Program-made: the position numbers and the translations under genes | The notes under the pieces: model-generated | The model's input: only the letters and a program-made list of their open reading frames with translations | Database searches by the model: none | What the model was told of the DNA's origin: nothing | Shown here: positions 12,058 through 23,458 of the stretch, one piece after another | How positions within the stretch are numbered: position 1 is the first letter of the stretch | How the letters are laid out: every line of letters starts with the position of its first letter | Assembly (NCBI GenBank): GCA_951406725.2 | Contig: OX597830.1 | Coordinates: 62,744,001 to 62,808,000, forward strand | Source of the DNA: Octopus vulgaris | Taxonomy: Eukaryota | Direction: 5' to 3' | Length of the DNA: 64,000 nucleotides

Positions 12058-13623
12058 CAAGGAATCTCAAACATCCTTTCACTGACAATGAATTGTGAAG
12101 TTGTGTGTGTGAGTGTTGTTCCCAGTTGCACACACACACACACACACACCGTGCGAGTCCTACTGTTTCTTATTTTTTTACTGCCCATAAGGGGCTAAAC
12201 ATAGAGGGGACAAACAAGAACAGACAAACGGATTAAGTCAATTACATCGACCCCAGTGTGTAACTGGTACTTAATTTATCGACCCCGAAATGATGAAAAG
12301 CAAAGTGGACCTCAGCGGAATTTGAACTCAGAACGTAACTGCAGATGCAATACCACTAAGTATTTCGCCTGGTGTGCTAACGTTTCTGCTCGCGAGTCCT
12401 ACTATTTCTGCCTAACAAAATTGATTCTCAAAGGCATTTGATAGCCTAGGGTTTAACTAATTAAATAACATAAAATTACATTAATGACAAAAAATACTTT
12501 TAGTGCATTTTCGATTTAAAAATGAATTTTTCCTGTAATTTCCGACATTACTGTGTAGTTAAGAAGTTCAGTCTCCAACCACATGGTACCTTGAACAAGT
12601 GGCTTCTACTTACCCTTGGGTTAACCAAAGCCTTATTGAGTGGATTTGGGCAATGGAAACTGAAAGAAGCGTGCTGTATATGTGTGTCCTTGATTCGGCA
12701 TCCATCATATAAACGATGTCATTCTTTTCCAGTCTTCCTTGAAAGCATGTCTGGCAACAAGAAACTTCCTTACTTGGAAACGGGCGGAGGTTGGTGACAG
12801 AAAGGGCTTCTGGCATGAAAAAGCTGCCTCAACAAAATTCCATCCGACCCATGCAAGCATGGAAAGGTGGACGTTAAAACGATGATGAGGCTATATGATG
12901 TGATTTGTGTGAATCTTCTCATGCACACAAACACACACAGATGTCTACCTTTCATAGTTATACAGGGCAAATGAACAACACCGTCTTTGTCTCTCAGCTA
13001 AGAATGTCAGCTGCTGTGGTTACAATTATACAGAATACCTTACAGAACATAACACAGTGACCTCCCTTGTTGCGTAAAATCATTTACGCAACGAAAATCT
13101 AATTGAATACTAGCTTAGTGATTCCTCCCCCCCCCCAGTTACACAAAAGAAAATTAATTGCACCTAATACCTTATACGAAAACGGTTTATTCATGTCCTA
13201 AGGTTAGGCAAATTTCATAGAGTGAGGCAATTTAGGCCTTAAAGTTAGGCAAATTGGGACATGAATATATATATAAGCATGTATCTGACTCATACATTGT
13301 TCGCTTTCCAGACATTTCTACATTACTGCATGTACTTTATATGCACTTTCTGACAAGTTGTGGTGCACCTGAGCACTGTATACAATAATTTCATTATTAT
13401 TATTATTATATATAATACAGAAATGAAGTTTTTTTAATAGCAATTTTTATGACTTTCTCATTATTATCACAAGACATGGTAGGAAATTCATTTTCCACCA
13501 TGTGTAATATTTTTTTTAGAAAAATTTATGGGACGGTGGTACAAAAGGAAGTCTTTCCTTACTGTTATCTATTACTTTTTTTTTTTTACCCTGTCTAATT
13601 AACTAAATCTCTTAATCTTGCAG

Positions 13624-13833
13624 AATCTCACATATGGACGCAATGATAAACAGCTTGATATATATTTACCAGTCGGTGCCTATAAGGAAGACAGCTTAAA
13701 ACCAGTTTTAATCTATGTGTTTGGAGAAGGCTGGAGCACAGGAGACAAGAACATGTGTGGCTTAGTGTGTTCTCAGATTGCCGACCAAGTTGACGCTGTT
13801 GTCTGCTGCCCTAACTATTCACTTTACCCACAG
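13624..13833 (+). CDS. Coding exon 2 of ICME-like esterase (NLTYG..LDIYLP..KPVLIYVFGEGWSTGDK..CPNYSLYPQ)
   Basis: ttgcAG acceptor, CAG|GTAAGA donor, 210 nt phase 0/0; typical HSL/BD-FAE-like motifs LD(I)Y.P, P..(I)..GxxW..G.K and P(N/D)Y...P. Confidence 0.92.
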
Positions 13834-14626
13834 GTAAGAAAATATAAACAATTGTAGCGTGGAAGGTATTTAAATTTAAATGTTATATTTAAATGTTGAA
13901 GTGTATTTCTAAATGGTTTATAAATACCTTCCACGCTGCAATTGTTTGTTTCAACACACGATCTAAGATCAAGTCACTTGCTATGCAAGTACATCTCCAT
14001 AATAAGAAAATATAGTTTTTAAAAAAATGCTCTTTTGTTTTAAAAACCAGGACAAGTCATTCATGGCCCTCTGTTCATCAGTCAAGCTTCCAATTATCAT
14101 TACAGTTTTGGCCTGTTACACTTGAAACTGTTCGAAATTGTCTTGGACATTGTTCTCTCTCCCCCAAGAAAATGTACCAAAAAATGTAAGGAACTGAGAG
14201 GGGTTTGTTGCTGAGAGTTTAGTTTGTGACGAAGTATAATTTCTTTCACTGAACTCTGAAAAAAAAAAACCCAAACTAACTGGCACTTTGTCAGTTGCAA
14301 TGACGAGGGTTCCAGTGATCCAATCAAATAGTGGGGAATGATTTCATAGAACCTTTGTCACTGATGTGTGACTTGTAACAAAGTGCAGCAAAAGACCCCT
14401 CACATTCACCATTCTAGATAAAAGTTTCAACAACAAATGCACGTTCTGCACCAGTCTAAACCAGGATGGTAACTGCAAAAAACAAATGGTAAAACCTTAG
14501 CTACATGAAGATGCCATAATTACCTGCTTAACTTCACTAGTGTCTCACCAATAGCTTTATAAACTATGGAACATTTTTCTGCCGCTGCTTGTATATTGAT
14601 ACTAATTCTGTTGTTGTTGTTCTTAG

Positions 14627-14710
14627 GGCTGTGCAGACGACATGGTACAGGATGTGGTCGACGCCATCAGTTGGATACACAACTGTATTCACAAATATGG
14701 TGGAAATAAG
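14627..14710 (+). CDS. Coding exon 3 of ICME-like esterase (GCADDMVQDVVDAISWIHNCIHKYGGNK)
   Basis: tcttAG acceptor, AAG|GTAAGA donor, 84 nt phase 0/0; D...A..W......YGG motif of this family. Confidence 0.92.
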
Positions 14711-15018
14711 GTAAGATCTTCTTTGAAATCTGTATTTGTTGGTTGGTTGGTTTTGGGAGTTTTAACCTTTTCGATTTTGTTACCCTTTATTTTTTCTTTT
14801 ATTTCACCTGTTTCAGTCATTAGACTGTGGCCATGCTGGGGCACCACACTGGAGATTTTTTTTTCACTTAAATGAATCAACTCCAGTACCTTTTTTTTTT
14901 AAGCCTGATGCTTTTTTATTTTATTGGTCTCTTTTGCTGAACTGCTAAGTTATGGGGATGTAAACACACCAGCACCAGCTATCAAGCAGTGGTGGGGGAC
15001 AAACATAGGCACAAAGAT

Positions 15019-15067
<49 letters not shown>

Positions 15068-15244
15068 CAATAGACTTTTTTCAGTTTCCACCTACCAAAT
15101 TTTCTTCTTTCAAGCAAACAGATACATTTTGTACCCTGACTTTCAATACATATATATATAGAGAGAGAGATATACATACAAACATACATACATACTTACA
15201 AGGTAAGCAAAAGGTGTACGTACGCTGCTATATGTATATATAAA

Positions 15245-15800
15245 TCCAAAAACAGAATAAGAATGTAACGGACGACAACAAAAACATACAGACAGATAAA
15301 TGATACAAAGACGAACAGGAAAAACCAGGACAAGTCATTCGTGGCCCTCTGTTCATCAGTCAAGCTTCCAATTATCATTACAGTTTTGGCCTGTTACACT
15401 TGAAACTGTTTGAAATTGGTAGGCCCCAAAAATCTAAGCTAAAGGCATTAAATTTTTGGAAGAAAGTGAGCAAATGTGTATGACAACACAGACGAAAAAA
15501 GAGAAAACGAAGAAAATGTTACACAATTACAAATACAAATGACAAGAGAATAACAACAGGTGTCTTTTGACTAATAAGGACAAGTTGAGTTGAGCTGGCA
15601 AGTAGAGTGAAAACCTTGAGGCAAAAACATAGATGAAAGTCAGGAGACAGGAGGAAAATAAGGTGTTGTACGGGCAGCGGTCAGGCCAAGAAAGATCATG
15701 CTTGGCTGAACACCTGTCATGTGGAAGGAACAGAGAGAGGTAGAGGGCAGAAGGATTGAAGAATTAACGAAGGAACTAGAGGGAGAGAAAGAGAGGGACA
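15245..15800. mobile_element. Unclassified interspersed repeat (possibly Penelope-like); relatives at ~10580-11045, 14042-14140, 16180-16345
   Basis: Shared GGACA(A/G)GTCATTCG..TCAGT..ATTATC..GTTACAC and TACACA(A/G)TTACAAATA segments; copies abut (TA)n. Confidence 0.5.
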
Positions 15801-16153
15801 ACAGGCTTCTTTCAGTTTCCATCTACTAAATCCACTTATGAGGCTTTGGTTGGTCCAATATCTTTAGAAAATGGGGTTTTTGTGGATTCGTTCTGCCTAC
15901 AGTGACATTAAGATAGTTTTCAAAAGCAGTGTCATCACCACTTTTCAAATGTTCGTGAAAAATTAAAATCTATGATGACATGGCGATAGTGTAACGTTCT
16001 CAAAATTCCTCTCTTCATAATTTGATGATGGAGAGCATGCTGCGACCTGAGTATGGACCAACATGGAATGCTGGTATAGGAGAACGTGCTACCATCACAA
16101 AAACTGTTAACTACAGTCTCTGACATTCTGTGTGTGTGTGTGTGTGTGCTTGG

Positions 16154-16185
<32 letters not shown>

Positions 16186-16605
16186 CAAAATGGGACAAGA
16201 ATGCAAAACATCCGGACAGCTAGGTGATACAAAAATGGAACAACAAAACATTCAGACAGACAATACAAAGAAAACAAGGATGGGTCATTTGAAGTTTTCT
16301 TTCCTCAGTCAAGCACCAGATTATCCTCGCAATTTCGGCTGATTATATATATATATATCTATCTGTCCCCTTCTTTCTCTTTCTCTTTATCACCCTCTTC
16401 TTCTCTCTCCTTGACCTGCAACCATTCAGGTTGGCCATCAACCACCACAGTCTCTCAACAGTTACAGGTGTGAATCTACCCTACAAATATTAGTCCCTGT
16501 ATTTCCTACCCTGGATAAACTTAAAATGACGTAAACCAAAATTCCACAAAAGCTAATATTTCTTTTTGTGTTTTTTTCTTATTTTTTAATATCTTATTAA
16601 TTTAG

Positions 16606-17068
16606 GAAAAAATCATCCTGATTGGTCACTCTTGTGGCGCTCACCTTTGTGTAATGGCCATTTTGGAACTCCTCCATGGAGAATTAAGGCTTGGGCGCCA
16701 AGGCATTTCTCCACTGGACGACAGCAGTACAGACACTACTTCACAGCCTGAAACCAGACCATTGGCTTTGGGTGCAGCAAACGAAGAGGACCAAGATTCT
16801 GCTTCAACCGAGACATTTTCCACACCATCGCAATCAAAAAACGTTAACGAGATGAACCATGAACCAATGGACATCGACACGCCGGAAAGCGAAGATGATG
16901 TCAGTGGAAGCAGCGTGGCTGGCTTTCGTAAAACTGCGACACACTTTCTAGATATGGAAGGTGATGAAGAAGCTTCTGATAATGATTCCGTTGTCACTGT
17001 TCGGCCGAAAGAATTTGATAGTGGCCCAAGTTTACATGACATGTGTAAATCTATCAAAGCTGTCGTAG
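16606..17068 (+). CDS. Coding exon 4 of ICME-like esterase, with nucleophile elbow GHSCG and acidic insert
   Basis: tttAG acceptor; EKIILIGHSCGAHL (Ser codon 16630-16632); donor G|GTAAGA, 463 nt phase 0/1. Confidence 0.92.
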
Positions 17069-18460
17069 GTAAGAAACCATTTGCTCCCTGTTTTTTTATT
17101 GCTTATATCATCACGATTACCATCATCATCATTACCATCATTTCCTTCATCGGCATCATCACCATCAGTCACCAGTTTCATCTATTCTTTTTTCCATACT
17201 AATAATTGGATTGAGTGTTTAGCAAGGTGAGAGACAATAGGAGTAGTGTGAAGAGAAAAGATGAGTTTTAAGGGTATAGATGATGGAGACCGGGGGAACG
17301 AGTGGATATTTTGCAGAAGTAGAGGTCATTGTCATCGATATATAGAATGCAGAGGATCCTTCAGAACTTTGGATCATTGGGATCCATGAAATGATCACAG
17401 TCGTTTTTTTTTTTTTTTGGAGATACCTGGGGGATCTTTTAGAGGTGCCTAGTACCGATTGGGGGTCTCTGTTCTGTTTGAGGGTGTCTGGTGCTATATT
17501 TGTTGAATATACATAAGGATGGTGGTAGTGCAGAATCTTTGGAGCATCAGACAAAATGCCTTGCAATATTTCTTTCGGTTCTGTATGCTCAATTTATATC
17601 CCATCAAGGTCAACTTTGCCCTTCATTCTATCACGGTCAACAGAATAAAGTACCAGTCAGGTACCTGCATCAGTGTCATCAACTAATCCACTGCTCCTCA
17701 AAATTACTAACTCTATGCCTAAATGGTTATTCTTGGGTTGATAAATGAAGTACCAGTGAAACGCTGGGAGTCGATGTAATTGACTAGTCTCCTCCCCCAA
17801 AATTTCAGGCCTTGTGCCTATAGTAGAAAGGATTATTACTTCTGCCTTTGCAAATGTGGAGGTATTGTCTTCAGTCATGTTTGTTTGTCCATGGACAAGA
17901 TATCTCAAGAACTGCTGGATGGATTTGGAAGAAACTTTCAGGGATGTTTGGTCTGATGACTGACATGAACTAATTAGATTTTGGGATCAATCTGCTACCG
18001 GACAAGGGTTCTGGATTATTTTTCCTGTTTGTTACTTAATTTATGAAAGCAGTTGGTTAATTTTTAGAATTTTCATTGGTGAGAGCAGTCAAGTTTATTT
18101 CATATATTCTCATTTTAAAAATTATCTCTGGCTAAATGTTGAGAGGACGTTGGTGTTGCCTTGGCTTGCACTCTCTGAGCGCTCTTGTTATTATTATTAT
18201 TAAGGTGGCAAGCTGGCAGAATCGTTAGCATGCTGGACGAAATACTTAGTGGTATTTCGTCTGCCATTATGTTCTGAGTTCAAATTCTACCAAGGTCGAC
18301 TTTGCCTTTCAGGGTTGATAAAATTAATACCAGTTATGCACTGGGATCGATGTAATCGACTTAATCCCTTCCCCCAGTTTTGAGGCTTGTGCTTCCAGTA
18401 AAAAGGATTATCATTATTATTATTATTATTATCATTGAGCATTGCTTCCTCCCGCTTCAG

Positions 18461-18617
18461 GCCTGGCTGGTGTGTACAACATAAAAGACCAGTATGAACA
18501 TGAGAAACAACGAGGTTTAGAAGATCTAAGCTGTATCCAGAAATGTATGTATGGAGAAGATCACTTCAGTCGCTTTTCTCCGACAATTATCATAGAAAGC
18601 TTGAAGAGAAATATCAA
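18461..18617 (+). CDS. Coding exon 5 of ICME-like esterase (GLAGVYNIKDQYEHEKQRG..FSP)
   Basis: cttcAG acceptor, AA|GTAAGT donor, 157 nt phase 1/2; GLAGVY and SP motifs; absent from the ORF track. Confidence 0.9.
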
Positions 18618-18835
18618 GTAAGTGGATCCGCTCAATTCTATGCCATACTTCTCCTCTAAACCCTTTCATCTTCTCCACTGCCAATGTTGTGACATCCTGA
18701 CAAACGTGCCACAATCAATACTGACCTAGGGTCAAAATTTGTTCTCTCGTTTTTGTTATATTTTTGTTTTCTTTATTGGCATTTCTTTATATGTTTTTAA
18801 TTTGTTGTTTTTACATTTTTTTTTTTTTCCTTCAG

Positions 18836-19061
18836 ATTACCGAAAATGGTTCTTTTGCATGGCACTGAAGACCAGGTTGTACCAATGTCGTCCAGCACGA
18901 AATTTGGTGAAGCACTCAGCAACCTCTTCGCTGATGTCACTGTCCGAGTGATTCCGTTCTGTGACCACTACAACATTTTTGCCGACCTCATGTCTCCAGA
19001 GAGACATTTACATGATGTGGTAATGAGCATAGTCTTAGAAACGGCCAGAAGGTTCTTCTGA
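18836..19061 (+). CDS. Last coding exon of ICME-like esterase (LLHGTEDQVVP..CDHY..RRFF*)
   Basis: Long T tract and ttcAG acceptor, phase 2; catalytic Asp (18870-18872) in HGxxDxxVP and His (18966-18968); TGA ends 19061; spliced CDS 1398 nt = 465 aa. Confidence 0.92.
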
Positions 19062-20451
19062 AGGAAGCATCTTGCCACCAGGCTCTGTAGAAACTGCTAC
19101 ACATTTCTTCAAAACAAAACAAAAAAAAATCTTCTTTCTTTCCTTCCATTCCTTCTTTCTTTCTATTTCAACTTCTATCTTTTCTTCTTCCTTTTTTCCA
19201 TCCTCATCTTTAATTTCCGTTATTTATTTCCATGCTTAACTATTGATAGAAAAGGCATGAATGCCACAGCTTCCTATTTTCCTACACCTTCCCTTCTCCC
19301 CCACAAATAATTACCAGTACTTCATGCTTTTATTTGTAAAATAAATTTCTTATTGTACTGTAGAGCAGGAGGTCAAGTCCACGGTCAAAGGAGCCAGTTT
19401 CAACCCCCAGGTTTGAAGCTAATTCACTTTTGCTTATTTCACTAGTGTCCTTGGTGGTGGTGGTGATGGTGACAGTGAGGCTGGAGAGGAAGAGAGAAGG
19501 CATGAATGCTGCACAGTCTACCTCTCCCCCCTCCTGTCTTGTTCCTGCCCCCCTTAATTTTGTGGCCTTGTGCATATAAGCAAGAAAACTATCGTTATTG
19601 ATATTATATATCTATCTGGTACGCACCACAGAACTAGACACGAGTTTTCTGGCACTGGTTCACTTTTGAATCTCACTTGATGCAAAATCACTTCACTCAG
19701 TTTCGTTGCTAATGCTTTTGGGGGCGATGAGAAAGGCATGAATGTCACAAATTCACCTCACTCCCCTCGCCCACTCCGTTTCAAAACAAACTGTACAACC
19801 CTTTTCCCAAAGCCAAAAGTGAATATAAAATATATTGTAACTTTTCCCATTTCCAACAGTTAATGCTTTTGGAGATGGGAAAGAGACGAACGACACGAAT
19901 TCATGTTTTGTCCCTTCTTGGAAACAAACCATAAAACCTCGGTGTGACCCTTCTTCGCGAAGCCGAAAAGAAGGGAACGTTAAATGTAACGATTTTTATG
20001 TTCTTTCCCATTGCCGAAAGTTAATGCTTTTGAGAATGGGAAAGGCTTGAGCAACACAAATCCACCCTTTCTTCCCTGAAAACAAAGTATATGACCTTTG
20101 TGTAGCCCCTATTTCCCGAAGCCACAAATGGAAAAGGTTAAAAAATAATTTTTGAATTATTATTAGAGAGACATTAAGAGTTTCCTCCCTTTATGTGTTA
20201 CAGAGAATGAGGTAGGACTCTCTCTTTTTCTCTCAAAAGATTAACATACAAAAATATGTTCAAGGTTAAACGAAACGATACGGAAGAATGCTCTGATGAT
20301 AGCTCCAGGCTATTTTTGTTTGTTTGTTTTTCTTTTTTTTTAACGTCTGTGTTTCTACTTTTAAATGACCTGTCAATGTTGTTATTGATGTTGTTGTTGT
20401 TAGAGAAGTAATTGGGTAGCTTTTATTCTTCTTCAACATTATTATTATTAT

Positions 20452-20907
20452 TATTGGTGAGCTGGCAGAATCGTTAGCACGCCAGGCAAAATGCATAGCG
20501 GCATTTCGTCCATCTTTACGTTCTGAGTTCAAATTCCGCCAAAATCCACTTTGCCTTTCATCCTTTCGGGGTCGATAAAATAAATACTAGTGAAACACTG
20601 GGGTCGCTGTAATCGACTAGTGCCCTCCCCCCACCCAAATTTCAGGCCTTGTGCCTGTAGTAGAAAGGACTATTATTATTATTATTATTAATATTATTGG
20701 TGAGCTGGCAGAATCATTAGCACGCTGGTCGAAATTCTTCATGGCATTTCGTCTGCCACTACGTTCTGAGTTCAAATTCCGCTGAGGTCGACTTAGCCTT
20801 TCATCGTCGATAAATGAAGTATTAATGAAACACTGGGAGGAGGGGGGGGCAATGTAATCGACTATCTCATCCCCCAAATTTCAGGCTGTGTGCCTATGGC
20901 AGAAAGG

Positions 20908-20943
<36 letters not shown>

Positions 20944-21370
20944 GGCGAGCTGGCAGAATTGTTAGCACACCAGCCAAAATGCTTTATGGCCTTCTTTCAT
21001 CCGTCTTTACGGTCTGAGTTCAAATTCTGCTGAGGTCAACTTTGCCTTTCATCCTTTCAGGGTTGACAAAAATAAATACCAGTGGAGCACTGGGAGGTGG
21101 GGGGTTTCAATGAAATTAACTGCCCCTCCTCCCCATCCTCCTAAAATTGCTGGCCTTGTGACAGAATTAGAAAGAATTGTAATTATTGGTGTAAAACAAG
21201 GGTGGCGGATTTGCAGATTCATTAGAATGTCTTTTTACATTCTGGGTTCAAATCTTATCGAAGTCGTCTTTGCTTTCAATCCCTCCGGGGTCGATAAAAT
21301 AAACTATCGATCAAGTACTGGAGTTGATTTAATCGACTACCCACACTCCGTAAATGTGTGTCCTTGTATC
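20452..21370 (+). mobile_element. Head-to-tail array of SINE family B separated by (ATT)n; similar clusters at 23190-23990, 38730-39540, 42000-43160; also 1-460, 12170-12390, 18204-18420, 24315-24530, 43780-44155
   Basis: Repeated GGCGAGCTGGCAGAATCGTTAGC..GAGTTCAAATTCC..GTCGACTTTGCCTTTCATCCTTTCGGGGTCGATAAA..GGCCTTGTGCC unit. Confidence 0.88.
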
Positions 21371-22329
21371 TATGTGAGAGATCCTAATCGTAAATTATTC
21401 TGGAATATGTTTGGAAATAATTCCTAGAATATTATCTGAGTTATCTGTAAATTCTTAGAGGGGCAAGTAGGCTGGTAAAGTTGCCTGAAAATGTCTTGAG
21501 ATTTCCCTTTTATTTGAATCCTGTGAAGGGAGGTGGGCAATCAGCAAAGTCATAACAATAAGATTATATATGTTTGTGTGTTGTGTGTCTATATGTAAAA
21601 ATTATATCTGGCTGAATTCATACAGTTTTGGTTATTGTATCATTATGTAAAAGTGTGTGTGTTATTCTATGCTGACATAGGTTGAACAGGAATGTACTTC
21701 ATGCAGGTTTTTACGGCTGGGTGCTCTTGCTGTTGCCAACCCTAATCTGTTTTTCAAGTGAGGGATATGTGTGTGTATGTGTAAAAAGCACCCATGCTGG
21801 AGCCACATAAAACGCACCCTCTACCCTCTGTAACGTGGTTGGCATTGGAGAGGGCACCCAGCCATAGAAACCATGCCAAAACTAACAGTTGGACCGTGGG
21901 CAGCTCTCTAGCTTGCCAGCATGGAAAATGGAAGCTTAAAGTCCTGGTCACCTTAAATTTTACAATATATTTAACTCTACTCCCAAGAGTACTGTGTCAA
22001 CCTTCCATTGTTATTCTCAAACTAGTTTTAATTTAATTACCTTATTTTAACATGTGTATGTATGTATATTAATGTATGTGTGTATATTTAAATATGTAAG
22101 TGTGTGAGTTTAAGATTGTTAAGTAATAAACAGCAACAAGCGTTTAATAATGGTAGGACACAAAGCTGTTTAAAGAGTCAAATATATTATAGAATAGTAG
22201 TTGACTGATTTTGTTTTATCTGTCTCAGGGCTTGTATGAACGTAGATATGAACATACATGCATGCATACGTATGTACATACGTACTTATATATGTATGTA
22301 CTTACGTACATATGTACATGCATACATTA

Positions 22330-22665
22330 TGGCTGCCCCCTCGTTATCGAGTATGGCCATTGCACGAAGCTTAACTGTTAATGGTGCTGTGATCGAATGT
22401 GACTTTTTAGCCCAGCTAAAGATCTACAATGTCTTGTACAGAATTGGCAGCTAAAACCTTTACCAGTAATAGCCGGCTGTAGTTGTAACTGGGCTTCATG
22501 TACCTTTGCATGTCGTTTAAGTCCTCCTTCCGAGTTACACTCTCTTCCACATGCCCGACAGATATGATTAGTATGGTGTGTTACACCACCACCAGTGACC
22601 AGGTTGTCACTCATCTGTCTCATTTTATGACTACGAAGATGACTCTTGAGTCCAGCTTTACTGAG
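22330..22665 (-). mobile_element. 5'-truncated LINE 3' end (probably RTE-like) encoding C2H2 zinc fingers
   Basis: GLKSHLRSH, CRACGRECNSEGGLKRHAKVH, CQFCTRHCRSLAGLKSHIRSQH, then stop, short UTR and degenerate tetranucleotide tract; no TGEKP linkers. Confidence 0.65.
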
Positions 22666-23146
22666 GCATACATACATACATACATGCAAGTATTCCTATA
22701 TACGTATGTACATACATACATAAATGCAAGTATGCTTATACACATACAAGCATACATACATGCAAACATACATATACATACTATATACATACATATATAC
22801 ATGTTGATGCAGTCCACTGGCTCATAGGATCCTGTCCTACTGTCCAACCCATGTCAGCATGACAGACATTAAATGATGATGCTTTGTGTGTGTCTGTGTG
22901 TCCATTTGTCAGTCGTTGATATTTCTCATCATTTCATAAATATGTCCTGAGACTTCCTGTGTTTTCGTTCTTTACAATTATTTGTGTCATTATTGTGTTT
23001 ATTGTCGTTGCCACATCTGGAGCTTTTTATCAAATAAATACCAGTTATATGCTGGGGTTAATCACATCCAACTTATACTCTCTTCTCTACAAATGTTGCC
23101 CACACTACAAGGTTAACAGAAATCATTCTTCTAATTATTATTATTA

Positions 23147-23186
<40 letters not shown>

Positions 23187-23401
23187 GAAAGCAGTGAGCT
23201 GGCAGAAACGTTAGCATGCCAGACAAACTACTTGCTGGCATTTTGTCCATCTTTACATTATAAGTTCAAATTCCACTGAGGTTGACTTTACCTGTCATCC
23301 TTTTGGGGTTGATAAAATAAGTACCTGTTGAGTGGTGGGGTTCAATGAAATCAACTTACCGCCTCCCCCAAAGTTGCTGGCCTTGGGCCAAAATTTGAAA
23401 C

Positions 23402-23458
<57 letters not shown>

